A DNA stretch of 64,000 bases from Candidatus Gastranaerophilales bacterium (GCA_947588745.1 CANPYW010000008.1:446-64445); one strand, 5' to 3'. Shown: positions 47,965 through 57,203, counted from the first letter of the stretch. Notes: generated by a model not told the origin, from the sequence alone. Made by a program: numbers and translations.

Positions 47965-49329
47965 ATGAATAAGCAAGAAATTTTAGATGACGATTTTAAA
48001 TATATTTGGCGACCTTTTACGCCCATGAAATCTTTGGAAAATCCCGAGAATAAACCGATAATAATAACAAAAGGCAAAGGTATTTATTTAGAGGATATCG
48101 ACGGCAACAAATACATTGATTCCGTTTCTTCCTGGTGGACAAATACGCTCGGGCATGCTAACGAAAGAATTAACAAAGTTATAACCAATCAAATTAATGA
48201 TATAGAACACGTTATATTCGGCGGTTGCACTCATATTCCTGCCGTTAAATTTGCAAAAAACATCATAAATTTAACAAACAACTCTCTTAAACATGTGTTT
48301 TTCTCCGATAACGGTTCAACATCAGTAGAAGTTGCACTAAAAATGGCATACCAATATCAGGTTTTAAAAGGTCACAGCGAAAAAAGGAAATTTATTGCAC
48401 TAAAAAATTCATACCATGGTGATACGCTGGGTGCGGTATCTGTAGGCGGGGTTAATATGTACCATAAAGTATACAAGCCGCTTCTTTTTGATATCATGCA
48501 GGCAGAAAGCCCGTACTGTTACAGATGTCCTATGAATTGCAAAAAAGAAACCTGCGATACGGAATGTTTAAACTCCGTTGAAGAAATACTTAAATCAAAT
48601 TCAAAAGAAATTGCGGGCATAATAATAGAACCGCTTGTTCAGGCTGCGGGAGGAATGATTATGTATCCTCCGAAATACATCACAAAATTAAAACACCTTT
48701 GCACAAAATATAACATACTGCTTATCGACGATGAAGTTGCAACGGGTATGTATAGGACAGGTAAATTATTTGCTTATGAACACGCAGGTATAGTACCTGA
48801 TATTGTATGCAGTGCAAAAGGTTTAACCGCCGGTTATATGCCTTTTTCAATCACGCTTACAACCGATGAGATATATAATGCTTTTTATGTGGATGATACA
48901 GATGGATACAGGACTTTCTATCACGGTCACACTTTTACGGCATACCCCTTAGCTGCGGCGGTTGCTAATGAAACACTTGAAATATACAAAGAAATGAATA
49001 TTGAAGAATATCTGAAACCCAAAATCGCAAAATTTAAACAAGAACTTGAAAAATTCCGCAAACATCCGAATGTGGGTGATATCCGACAAACAGGCATGAT
49101 TTCCGCAATCGAACTTGTAAAGAATAAATCAACAAAAGAGCCGTTTAAATACGAAGAAGGTGCAGGCAAAAAAATATATATTGAAGGCTTAAAGCTTGGT
49201 GCAATATTAAGACCGATGTGGAACTGCATATATTTTCTGACACCGTATATAATAACGGAAGAAGAAATTAAAAAGCTTACGGATATAGCTTATGAAGCAC
49301 TTACTAGAGTTCTTCCGTATAAGGAGTAA
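47965..49329 (+). CDS. bioA: Adenosylmethionine-8-amino-7-oxononanoate aminotransferase
   Basis: 454 aa. SD GGGAGGGG. WRPFT, SSWWTNTLGH, YHGDT, LIDDEVATG and CSAKGLTAGYMP (PLP-Lys). Confidence 0.92.
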   Translation: MNKQEILDDDFKYIWRPFTPMKSLENPENKPIIITKGKGIYLEDIDGNKYIDSVSSWWTNTLGHANERINKVITNQINDIEHVIFGGCTHIPAVKFAKNIINLTNNSLKHVFFSDNGSTSVEVALKMAYQYQVLKGHSEKRKFIALKNSYHGDTLGAVSVGGVNMYHKVYKPLLFDIMQAESPYCYRCPMNCKKETCDTECLNSVEEILKSNSKEIAGIIIEPLVQAAGGMIMYPPKYITKLKHLCTKYNILLIDDEVATGMYRTGKLFAYEHAGIVPDIVCSAKGLTAGYMPFSITLTTDEIYNAFYVDDTDGYRTFYHGHTFTAYPLAAAVANETLEIYKEMNIEEYLKPKIAKFKQELEKFRKHPNVGDIRQTGMISAIELVKNKSTKEPFKYEEGAGKKIYIEGLKLGAILRPMWNCIYFLTPYIITEEEIKKLTDIAYEALTRVLPYKE

Positions 49330-49331
49330 AC

Positions 49332-49997
49332 ATGGAATATTTTATTACGGGCATTGATACAGATATAGGTAAAACATTCATAACAAAAGGGTTAGCACTT
49401 GCATACCTTAAAGCTGGCAAGAAAGTAGGAGTATATAAGCCGCTTCAATCTGGAGCAATTAAGACAGAACAAGGCTTTTTAGCTCCGGATTTGGAAGCCG
49501 TTAAGGAGTTATCGCCACAAATAAAAACAAGATGTTCGTATTTACTTGAAGGTGAAGTTTCTCCCGCTTTAGCGGCAAGACTTAGCGGAATTGAAATTGA
49601 TATAAAAAAAATCAAAACCGATTTTAAGTCGTTTACAAAAGGAAATGATATCACTCTAGTTGAAGGAGCAGGCGGCATTTTAGCTCCTGCAACGGATAAC
49701 ATGCTTTGTGCTGATTTGATAAAATCACTTAATCTACCTGTTATAATTGTTGCAGTGCCATATTTGGGACGTTTAAATCACACTTTATTAACCGTTTATT
49801 ATGCAAAAACGAACAGAATACCGATAAAAGGCATAATAATAAATAAAATTCCGTCAAATACAAACGATTTGGCAACAAAAAACTTTATAAAAGAACTTAC
49901 AATGTATACGGATGCCGAAATATTAGGAACAATAGGCGAAATGCAAAATTACACAACAGATGAAATAACAAAAGTTTTTTCTAAATTTGTGAAATAG
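49332..49997 (+). CDS. bioD: Dethiobiotin synthase
   Basis: 221 aa. FITGIDTDIGKT, YKPLQSG, VEGAGG and GIIINK. Starts 2 nt after bioA. Confidence 0.9.
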   Translation: MEYFITGIDTDIGKTFITKGLALAYLKAGKKVGVYKPLQSGAIKTEQGFLAPDLEAVKELSPQIKTRCSYLLEGEVSPALAARLSGIEIDIKKIKTDFKSFTKGNDITLVEGAGGILAPATDNMLCADLIKSLNLPVIIVAVPYLGRLNHTLLTVYYAKTNRIPIKGIIINKIPSNTNDLATKNFIKELTMYTDAEILGTIGEMQNYTTDEITKVFSKFVK

Positions 49998-50053
49998 TAA
50001 ATATAAAAGGAAATAAGCTACAAAATAAAACCTGAAAACGAACGAGTTTTTGG

Positions 50054-50101
50054 GTATGTGCGTGCGTGTATGTATATATATATGTGTGTGTGGGGGGGGG
50101 G
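50054..50101. repeat. Low-complexity tract: 39-nt perfect purine/pyrimidine alternation ((GT)n/(AT)n/(GC)) ending in a G10 homopolymer
   Basis: GTATGTGCGTGCGTGTATGTATATATATATGTGTGTGTG (50054-50092) with GGGGGGGGGG at 50092-50101, then A6. It lies between the convergent 3' ends of bioD and the CoA-transferase B gene. Confidence 0.85.
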
Positions 50102-50124
50102 AAAAAAGAGGAAAAAATACAACG

Positions 50125-50805
50125 CTATATAATCATTTCAGAAAGATTTCTGCTTTCTATAAAATCAGCAGCCGTTGAATTTCTTATTTCTCTAACGGAA
50201 AACATAGGATTAATTTCAGTAAGAACAAGTCCGTTTGGTGCAACCTGAAAAACACATCTTTCTGTAACAATCATATCAACTTCACCAAATGCAGTTAAAG
50301 GCAAAGTACATCTTTTAACGATTTTTGGTTCATTATTAGAGGTATGAGTCATTGCTACAATAACCTTTTTAGAACCGACAATCAAATCCATAGAACCACC
50401 TATTCCGGGAACAAATTTACCCGGTATCTGCCAGCTTGCGATACTGCCCTGTTCATCAACCTGCAATGCTCCTAAAACAGTTGCATCTATATGCCCGCCT
50501 CTCATGATTGTGAAAGCCATTTGAGAGTCATAAAAAGAAGCACCAAGATTAACATACACATAAGCACCGCCGGCATTAACTATTTTTTTATTATAATCAG
50601 GGCCCTTCTGTGTCCGTCCGAGTCCTAAAATTCCATTTTCAGACTGAAAAATAATTTGCATATCTTCTTTTACATAATTAGCGGCCTCGGTCGGCAAGCC
50701 TATGCCTAAAGTGACTATATCATTTTTTTTAAATTCTTTAGCTATTCTTCTTGCTATAATTTCTTTTATTTCATCTTTTGATAAAGATTTTAAAGTTAAA
50801 GACAT
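50125..50805 (-). CDS. 3-oxoacid / acetate CoA-transferase, subunit B
   Basis: 226 aa. LGIGLPT, FQSENGILG (catalytic Glu in the SENG motif) and GGMDL-like GGSMDL. Confidence 0.88.
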   Translation of the reverse strand: MSLTLKSLSKDEIKEIIARRIAKEFKKNDIVTLGIGLPTEAANYVKEDMQIIFQSENGILGLGRTQKGPDYNKKIVNAGGAYVYVNLGASFYDSQMAFTIMRGGHIDATVLGALQVDEQGSIASWQIPGKFVPGIGGSMDLIVGSKKVIVAMTHTSNNEPKIVKRCTLPLTAFGEVDMIVTERCVFQVAPNGLVLTEINPMFSVREIRNSTAADFIESRNLSEMII

Positions 50806-51456
50806 TTATAACTCCCTGCGTTCAACAATATAATCAATAAAAATTCCGGGGATAACAACTTCATCAGGATTTAAACATTCAACAATTTTATCGGCCTGAA
50901 CAATAACGACATCAGCCGCTGTAGCCATAGAAGTATTAAAGTTTCTTGTTGTACCTTCAAACTTGACATTACCGAATTTATCAGCAACAGTACCGTATAT
51001 TATAGCGAAATCAGCCCCCAGAGGCTCTTCAAAGATATACTTTTTTCCTTTAATTTCAACTATTTTCTTGCCGTTTTCAAGAATTGTTCCTATACCTGTA
51101 GGGGTAAGGACACCGCCTAATCCCGAACCTTTTGCGTGAATTTTTTCGACTAAAGTTCCCATTGGATAAAATTCAACTTCAATCTGACCGGCGTGCATCT
51201 TTTCACCGGTAACGGGATTTGTGCCTATATGAGTTGTAATAACTTTTTTTACAAGATTATTAGAAATAAGCTTGCCTTTATCCGCCTCAGGAAAAGACGT
51301 ATCATTACAAATCATAGTTAAATTATTTATTTTCAGAGAAATCATAGCATCAATAATTTTATCAGGGACGCCGCAACTTAAAAAACCACCTACCATAATT
51401 GTAGAATTGCTTTTGATTAATTTTGCAGCTTCCAGTGCCGATATTATATTTTTCAA
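50806..51456 (-). CDS. 3-oxoacid / acetate CoA-transferase, subunit A
   Basis: 216 aa. TTG start behind AAGGGA, since the next in-frame ATG would remove the conserved N-terminus. IMVGGF, GTLVEKI, GGVLTPTG and YGTVADKFGN. Abuts subunit B with no gap. Confidence 0.88.
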   Translation of the reverse strand: MKNIISALEAAKLIKSNSTIMVGGFLSCGVPDKIIDAMISLKINNLTMICNDTSFPEADKGKLISNNLVKKVITTHIGTNPVTGEKMHAGQIEVEFYPMGTLVEKIHAKGSGLGGVLTPTGIGTILENGKKIVEIKGKKYIFEEPLGADFAIIYGTVADKFGNVKFEGTTRNFNTSMATAADVVIVQADKIVECLNPDEVVIPGIFIDYIVERREL

Positions 51457-51468
51457 AACATAAATCCC

Positions 51469-51542
51469 TTAACAGATTACTCTATAAGTAAATACTATCA
51501 CAGATTATTTTTTTTGTATACAAATCAACTGTTTAACAGATT
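51469..51542. promoter_or_regulatory. Exact 10-bp direct repeat TTAACAGATT (x2) plus a third ACAGATT copy in the divergent intergenic region
   Basis: TTAACAGATT at 51469-51478 and 51533-51542, and ACAGATT again at 51500-51506. Located between the CoA-transferase A start and the P-loop/TPR gene start. Confidence 0.3.
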
Positions 51543-51566
51543 TCAAAACGGGCATAATATAATAAT

Positions 51567-54104
51567 ATGACGAATATGAATTATAATTTTATAAAAGATA
51601 TCTATACACCCATTGCACAAGGATTAAACTCGGATGTTTCAATTCTTAACAGTTTTATTGAGGAAAAAGAAAATCGTTTTATTTTAAAACATAATATTTA
51701 TGCCGTATCTCAAATAATAAACTTTCTAAATTCGCCGGAAAATAACATTTTTATTCTCAACGGATTTATGGGTTCAGGTAAAACATCCGTCACAAATTTT
51801 ATTCTTGATTTTGTAAATGAAGATGTTTTAATATTCAAAAATGAATACAAAGATGCAATTAATCTTGATGATGTACTGCTTTCTTTGTTTAAAGATTTTT
51901 CAGTATATCATAATGAAGGCAAAATAATTTTACCGAAAGCAGAAACATCAATCTTTTCGGAAAAAATTAATGCATACATAAAATACTGCAATATTCCGAT
52001 GTTATTCATTTTTGACTCTTTTGAAATAAATACAAAAAGCAAAGACTCGCAAAAAGATATACTTGATTTTATAAATTATTTATCGAGATTTGAAAAGGTT
52101 AAAATTATAATTTCATCAAGAAGCTTTAAGCAAGAGGATTTATATAATTATGACTCAACATTTTCTTATACTTTAAGCGGCATAACAAAAGAAGAAATGT
52201 ATGATTATCTTGAAAATAACAAGGTTGAAAGCAGCAATTATATAACAGAAGACCTCTATAAAGAAACAAGAGGGCATTATCTTTTACTTGAATATTCAAT
52301 ATTAATCATAAAATTGTTAAATATATCCTTAACCAGTTTTTCGACGGAATACAAAAAATCAACCAAAAATTTTCTGGAATTTGTAGTTTCAAAAATGCTC
52401 TCACTTTCAGCCGAAAGATTTCTAAAACCGCTAATTTTATTAACCGCAGTAAGACATGGTTTGAGTGAAAAATTTATTATTGAACAAAATTTTGCTACTG
52501 AAGATGAGTTATCTTTTTTGAAACAGAAACATATAATATCGGAAAAATACGGTAAATATTACATAAAAGAGTATATCAAACACGAATTCATCAAATCTAT
52601 CAATATTGAAACTCAAATAAAAATACATAATTATTTGCTTGAAGTATATGAATCCGAATTGCCTTTAAAACCGTTTGAAAGAAATTTATTCTTATCAAGA
52701 CTTACAATGCGACAGGAAATTGCCTACCATACAAAAAAAATCGAAAGCCTTGAAGAAGAACTTACAAGAACAGGAAAAACCGCTGTATTAGGAAGCAACG
52801 AGCTTTCTTATATGACATACAGCAGAACTAGCGGATACAACAATCAAAACGACAAACAACCGCAAAAAAAACGCTATATTGATAAACTAAGAAATAAATC
52901 GGAAAAGAATAAAAGATTTCAACTTACAAACGAGGACTCGCTTATCTTAAATTCAATATCTGCCGCTGATGCAGTAACTAAAGAATTTGAAACCATTGTA
53001 AATGAAGAAGATATAAAAGAGAACTACGAAAGCAATATAGCTGATATTGTTCCGAATTCATTAAATGAATATATCGATATAGCTCAAAATTATGAAAATG
53101 CGTTTAATTTTTCTAAAGCAATCGTATACTACAAACAAGCTTTAACATACTCAGATGATGAAAATTTCAATATAAAAGAACCAATAATATATACTAAATT
53201 GGCAATATGTTATAAAAAAATACAAGATATTGAACAGGCAATACAATATTATGAAAAAGTATATGAAATCTATTTCAATTTGAAATCGGAAAAAGCAAAT
53301 GATACTTTATTAAGCATTGCGGAAATTTACACCGAAAGCTATAAATTCGACAAAGCAAAAGAAATCTATAACAAAATTTTATATTCGCCCATAACAGCAA
53401 GAGAAGAACTAAAAGGACGTATATACCTTGATATGGCTGAAATAGAAGACAACAGTCTTAACCCGAAAGAAGCTGCAAAATATATTCAAAAAGCACTTAT
53501 AATAGCGGAAAAAAGCTCTGATATTAAATTAATTTCGGAATGTTACTTTAAATATGCACTGTTATTAGACGATAACGATGATATAGATTTGGCACAAAAG
53601 TATTATCTAAGATGTATACAATCATCAGATAACCCTGAAAATAATACATATCTTGCATCCGCATATTCAAATTTAGCTGAAATTTCATTAGAAAAGAGCA
53701 ATATTAACTCAGCAAAAATGTATTATGAATTATCTATAGAAGCAGATAAAAAAATAAATAACTATGAAGGGTTATACTATTCTTATACAAAGCTTTCAGA
53801 TATATACAAACACGAAGATAATGAAAAAGCCTATGATTATCTGGTAAAGGCATTATCTGCGTCAAAACGTTTTGACGATATAAACTATTCTGTTACAATA
53901 TATCTTAAAATAGGAAACTGGTACGAATCTAAAAATAATTACAAAAAAGCTTTAAAAGCTTATATTCTCGCAAAAAAATTAAATCCTTCTCAAATAAATT
54001 CAGATAAACTCAGAAATATCAACATCTCTATAAACAAAATAAAACATACAATCGGAGAATTTGAATTTTCCAGATTATTAAACGAAATAAAGAAACAAGT
54101 ATAA
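51567..54104 (+). CDS. STAND-like P-loop NTPase with C-terminal TPR array
   Basis: 845 aa. Walker A GFMGSGKTS (51762-51788), Walker B-like MLFIFDSFE, and a C-terminal ~330 aa of TPR-like repeats (YENAFNFSKAIVYYKQALTY..., YTKLAICYKKIQDIEQAIQYYEKVYEIY...). Confidence 0.6.
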   Translation: MTNMNYNFIKDIYTPIAQGLNSDVSILNSFIEEKENRFILKHNIYAVSQIINFLNSPENNIFILNGFMGSGKTSVTNFILDFVNEDVLIFKNEYKDAINLDDVLLSLFKDFSVYHNEGKIILPKAETSIFSEKINAYIKYCNIPMLFIFDSFEINTKSKDSQKDILDFINYLSRFEKVKIIISSRSFKQEDLYNYDSTFSYTLSGITKEEMYDYLENNKVESSNYITEDLYKETRGHYLLLEYSILIIKLLNISLTSFSTEYKKSTKNFLEFVVSKMLSLSAERFLKPLILLTAVRHGLSEKFIIEQNFATEDELSFLKQKHIISEKYGKYYIKEYIKHEFIKSINIETQIKIHNYLLEVYESELPLKPFERNLFLSRLTMRQEIAYHTKKIESLEEELTRTGKTAVLGSNELSYMTYSRTSGYNNQNDKQPQKKRYIDKLRNKSEKNKRFQLTNEDSLILNSISAADAVTKEFETIVNEEDIKENYESNIADIVPNSLNEYIDIAQNYENAFNFSKAIVYYKQALTYSDDENFNIKEPIIYTKLAICYKKIQDIEQAIQYYEKVYEIYFNLKSEKANDTLLSIAEIYTESYKFDKAKEIYNKILYSPITAREELKGRIYLDMAEIEDNSLNPKEAAKYIQKALIIAEKSSDIKLISECYFKYALLLDDNDDIDLAQKYYLRCIQSSDNPENNTYLASAYSNLAEISLEKSNINSAKMYYELSIEADKKINNYEGLYYSYTKLSDIYKHEDNEKAYDYLVKALSASKRFDDINYSVTIYLKIGNWYESKNNYKKALKAYILAKKLNPSQINSDKLRNINISINKIKHTIGEFEFSRLLNEIKKQV

Positions 54105-54105
54105 T

Positions 54106-54807
54106 ATGCAATTAATAGATTTAAACATTGATTTAGATAATATCAAAACAGAAAAATTTAAAAACTATATAAAATTTTTTTCTGAATATAATGAAAAAAT
54201 TAATCTAATTAGTAAAAATGATATAAATTTAATATTTCAAAAACATATTTTCGACAGCTTATCAATAAATTTATTTTTTGAAAAATATTTAAAAAAAAAT
54301 ACGAAATTGAATATTATAGATATAGGTACGGGAGGCGGTTTTCCCTCTGTACCACTTGCTATTAATTATCCCGAATTTAAAATTACGGCAATAGACTCAA
54401 TCAATAAAAAAATTAACTTTTTAAAACTTGTAAAAGAGGAATTTGACCTTCAAAATTTTTATCCGCAATCCTGCAGAATAGAAAATTTACCGGCAAATAT
54501 GCGTCGAAATTTTGATATAGCAACCGCAAGAGCATTAGCTGAACTTAAAATTCTGCTTGAATACTCAATTCCCTACGTTAAAACGGGAGGCTATTTCATA
54601 GCATATAAATCTAAAAAAGCAGATGAAGAACTTAAAAATGCACAAAATGCATTAAAGATTTTAAACACAAAATTAATTGATAAAATAGAATATAAATTAC
54701 CATTAAGCGAAGAAAATAACAGAGTTTTATTGGTTTTCAAAAAAATGAAAAATACTGACAACAAATACCCCAGAACGAATAATTTAATAAAAAATTCTCC
54801 TTTATAG
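54106..54807 (+). CDS. rsmG: 16S rRNA (guanine527-N7)-methyltransferase
   Basis: 233 aa. HIFDSL, IIDIGTGGGFPSVPLAI and ARALA. Starts 1 nt after the preceding stop. Confidence 0.88.
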   Translation: MQLIDLNIDLDNIKTEKFKNYIKFFSEYNEKINLISKNDINLIFQKHIFDSLSINLFFEKYLKKNTKLNIIDIGTGGGFPSVPLAINYPEFKITAIDSINKKINFLKLVKEEFDLQNFYPQSCRIENLPANMRRNFDIATARALAELKILLEYSIPYVKTGGYFIAYKSKKADEELKNAQNALKILNTKLIDKIEYKLPLSEENNRVLLVFKKMKNTDNKYPRTNNLIKNSPL

Positions 54808-54918
54808 TTTTTTTAGCAAAATTAAATTATAATAAGAATTCTAATACATCAAAAGCAACACATATAACACAACATAATAATTTTTTATTATGCTATACTT
54901 TTTCTAAAAGGAGTTAAT

Positions 54919-55545
54919 ATGGAACTAAAAAATTATGTAACAGGGCCGCTTAAAGTAAATACTTATGTGTTAAAAGATGATATTTCAAAAGAAGCTATAA
55001 TTATAGATTTAGGAGGTTCCTTCAGTCAAATAAAGAATGAGCTGGATAAAGAAGGATATAAAATTAAATTTATATTAAACACACATGGCCACTTTGACCA
55101 TATACTGGGAGAAATCGAAGTGCAAAAAAACTTTCCAGAAATTCCGATATTAATTAATAAATCAGACAGTATTCATTATAACAACATGCATAACGAATTA
55201 AAGATGTGGGGGTTTAACATCGAAACTAACATTTTAACTCCAACAGATTATATTGATGAAAATTCAAAAATTACAATCGGAGATAAAGAAATTAAAATTT
55301 TTGAAACGCCGGGACACTCAAAAGGAAGCCTGAGTTTCTATATCGATAATAAACTTTTCTCAGGAGATACACTATTTCTTATGTCCATAGGCAGAACCGA
55401 TTTCGTTGACGGTGATTACGAAGCAATAATATCATCCATAAAAGAAAAATTATTTACACTTCCTGATGAAACAAAGGTATATCCCGGACACGGGCCATCA
55501 ACAACAATATTAAATGAGAAACAAAAAAACACTTATTTACGCTAA
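54919..55545 (+). CDS. MBL-fold metallo-hydrolase (glyoxalase II-like)
   Basis: 208 aa. SD AAGGAG. LNTHGHFDH, TPGHSKGS, SGDTLF and PGHG. Confidence 0.85.
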   Translation: MELKNYVTGPLKVNTYVLKDDISKEAIIIDLGGSFSQIKNELDKEGYKIKFILNTHGHFDHILGEIEVQKNFPEIPILINKSDSIHYNNMHNELKMWGFNIETNILTPTDYIDENSKITIGDKEIKIFETPGHSKGSLSFYIDNKLFSGDTLFLMSIGRTDFVDGDYEAIISSIKEKLFTLPDETKVYPGHGPSTTILNEKQKNTYLR

Positions 55546-55549
55546 ATAA

Positions 55550-55675
55550 TTATAAAATTTCATAAACCGGCGTATTTCCATTTAAATAATCTTGTAAGCC
55601 TTTAATTACATCATCTTTAAATGAAAGTAAAAACATTCCTAAATTGACGGCTAAGTTTTGATTTTTTTCGTCCAT
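55550..55675 (-). CDS. Speculative 41-aa small ORF
   Basis: Found by eye and below the ORF-track cutoff: MDEKNQNLAVNLGMFLLSFKDDVIKGLQDYLNGNTPVYEIL, with AGGA 8 nt upstream. There is no other support. Confidence 0.15.
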   Translation of the reverse strand: MDEKNQNLAVNLGMFLLSFKDDVIKGLQDYLNGNTPVYEIL

Positions 55676-55920
55676 AAAAAATCCTTTAAATATATACATA
55701 ATATATATCGTAAGATAAAAGAAAAAACTTTAGTACAAATAATAAAGTTTAATTTTTTTGTAACAAAAATATAAAAAAACTCCTATAAAAAGAGTAAAAG
55801 GTGTGAAATTAATTTCAAATGTGAATTAAAATTTCAACCAAAAGAATGATATTTGTATTGAACAAATATGATAATCTAAATGTACAAAAAAGAGGAATGT
55901 AGAAAATAGAAAGGGCTGTT

Positions 55921-56421
55921 ATGCAAATAGGAAAACTAAATTTACAAAGGACAAATACAGTACAAAACACAACTGCACAGAAAAAAGGCAACACAAATAA
56001 ATTAACGACAAATCCGTTTGGAGTAAGCTTCAAAGGAAATGTTATTCAAGCTGATGTGTTTGTAAACGAGAAGGTAAATAAAGATAAAAATTCAAATGGA
56101 ATAGTGGAGAAAAGCAAACTATTTGCAAGTGCGGTAGTAAGTGGCATTAACAACTTTAATGAATCATTCAAATCAAGAATAAATTCAATTGTATCGTTCG
56201 GTAAAAAAATAACAACAGATGTTTGTGATTCTTTAGAAAGAATAGGAAATACAGAAATTTCATTCGATATGGAAGGAATAAAAAATAAACTATTCCCTGA
56301 CAGACAATACAGTGTTAAAAACTTATCAAAACAGCCGGTAGAAGATTTAAAAACAATGTGGCAGGAATTAACACCGGAAGAAACTGAAAACGAAACAGAA
56401 ACAGAAGAAAATGCAGCATAA
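55921..56421 (+). CDS. Hypothetical protein (166 aa) with polar N-terminus ...NPFGVSFKG and acidic TE-rich tail
   Basis: SD-like AAAGGG upstream. The frame is Lys/Asn/Glu-rich and consistent with local codon usage. The antisense ORF 56046..56540 looks like a shadow. Confidence 0.45.
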   Translation: MQIGKLNLQRTNTVQNTTAQKKGNTNKLTTNPFGVSFKGNVIQADVFVNEKVNKDKNSNGIVEKSKLFASAVVSGINNFNESFKSRINSIVSFGKKITTDVCDSLERIGNTEISFDMEGIKNKLFPDRQYSVKNLSKQPVEDLKTMWQELTPEETENETETEENAA

Positions 56422-56437
56422 GAGTGGGAGATAAAAA

Positions 56438-56806
56438 ATGGAAGACAGCAAAAAAATAAAGAATATAATACAAGCATTAGGGGAACATCAAGATTCAAAA
56501 GCTGCCATAGAAGTATTAACAGAGCTTGGAACGAATTCACCTGATGATGAAATCAGAGAAATGACCGCACAAACTTTAATTAAAAAGAATACTCATGAAT
56601 CATTAAGAGTTGTGCTAATTTCAAAAGGAAAAGGCATAAACGATTTAAGTGCAAGAGTTGCAATGGCTTCAATAAATGAATTATTATCATTAAAAGATAA
56701 AACAGAAGCTATTAAAATATTAGATGATACAATTAAACTTCATTCTGATGAAGAAGTTAGAAATACAGCCCGCTCAGTAAGAGCATTGATGACATTTTCA
56801 GCATAA
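56438..56806 (+). CDS. Hypothetical HEAT-repeat-like protein (122 aa)
   Basis: SD GGGAG. Two helical repeats ending in DDEIREMTAQTLIK and DEEVRNTARSVRAL, a HEAT/PBS-lyase-type pattern. Confidence 0.45.
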   Translation: MEDSKKIKNIIQALGEHQDSKAAIEVLTELGTNSPDDEIREMTAQTLIKKNTHESLRVVLISKGKGINDLSARVAMASINELLSLKDKTEAIKILDDTIKLHSDEEVRNTARSVRALMTFSA

Positions 56807-56840
56807 AATTATTATCCTAAATTGTTAGGTTTTTATATAA

Positions 56841-56866
56841 AAAAGCTCCACTCGTTGGAGCTTTTT
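56841..56866 (+). terminator. Rho-independent terminator
   Basis: AAAAGCTCCA-CTCGT-TGGAGCTTTTT, a 10-bp stem plus T-run. Confidence 0.7.
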
Positions 56867-56910
56867 AGCATGTGAATTATTTGTAAATTTTTGTAAATAG
56901 GAAAATACGT

Positions 56911-56940
56911 TTGAAAAAATCATCTTAGAAGTTCTATAAT
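56911..56940 (+). promoter_or_regulatory. Candidate sigma70 promoter for the 73-aa ORF / proB-proA unit
   Basis: TTGAAA-N18-TATAAT, ending 18 nt before the ATG at 56959 (SD GGAGG in between). Confidence 0.45.
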
Positions 56941-56958
56941 AGAATTTGGAGGTAAAAA

Positions 56959-57180
56959 ATGGATAATAACTTTAACAATGAAAAACTACAGCAAAAAATT
57001 ACTCAACTAAACATCAACATCAAAACAATTGAATGCATAATCAGATACATTGATAACGAATTTAATAACAAACTTTCATACAAGCATAATGATATTTCAA
57101 ATCTGATTGGAATTCTTATTTACTTAATTAATGACTACAAACAAAAACTTTATAAATTTGATAACTCTTTTAAATTATAA
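56959..57180 (+). CDS. Hypothetical small helical protein (73 aa)
   Basis: Strong SD (GGAGGT) with 7-nt spacing. Asn/Ile/Lys-rich sequence with no motif. Confidence 0.35.
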   Translation: MDNNFNNEKLQQKITQLNINIKTIECIIRYIDNEFNNKLSYKHNDISNLIGILIYLINDYKQKLYKFDNSFKL

Positions 57181-57203
57181 TATTTTTTATTATAATTTTA
57201 TCT

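Noticed and set aside
50092-50101. G10 run considered as a phase-variation switch
   Set aside because: It is not inside a coding frame or between -35 and -10 elements of any gene, because both flanking genes end there. Slippage would have no obvious on/off consequence. It is kept only as a structural oddity in the findings.
50066-50248. 60-aa ORF starting in the GT/G10 tract (MYVYIYVCVGGGKKEEK...)
   Set aside because: It is a translation of the low-complexity DNA that runs antisense into the CoA-transferase B gene, and it has no SD.
56046-56540. 164-aa minus-strand ORF spanning the 166-aa and 122-aa plus-strand ORFs
   Set aside because: Its hydrophobic Leu/Phe/Ser-rich low-complexity translation is typical of the antisense of Lys/Glu/Asn-rich genes. 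The two plus-strand ORFs each have an SD and a shared terminator.
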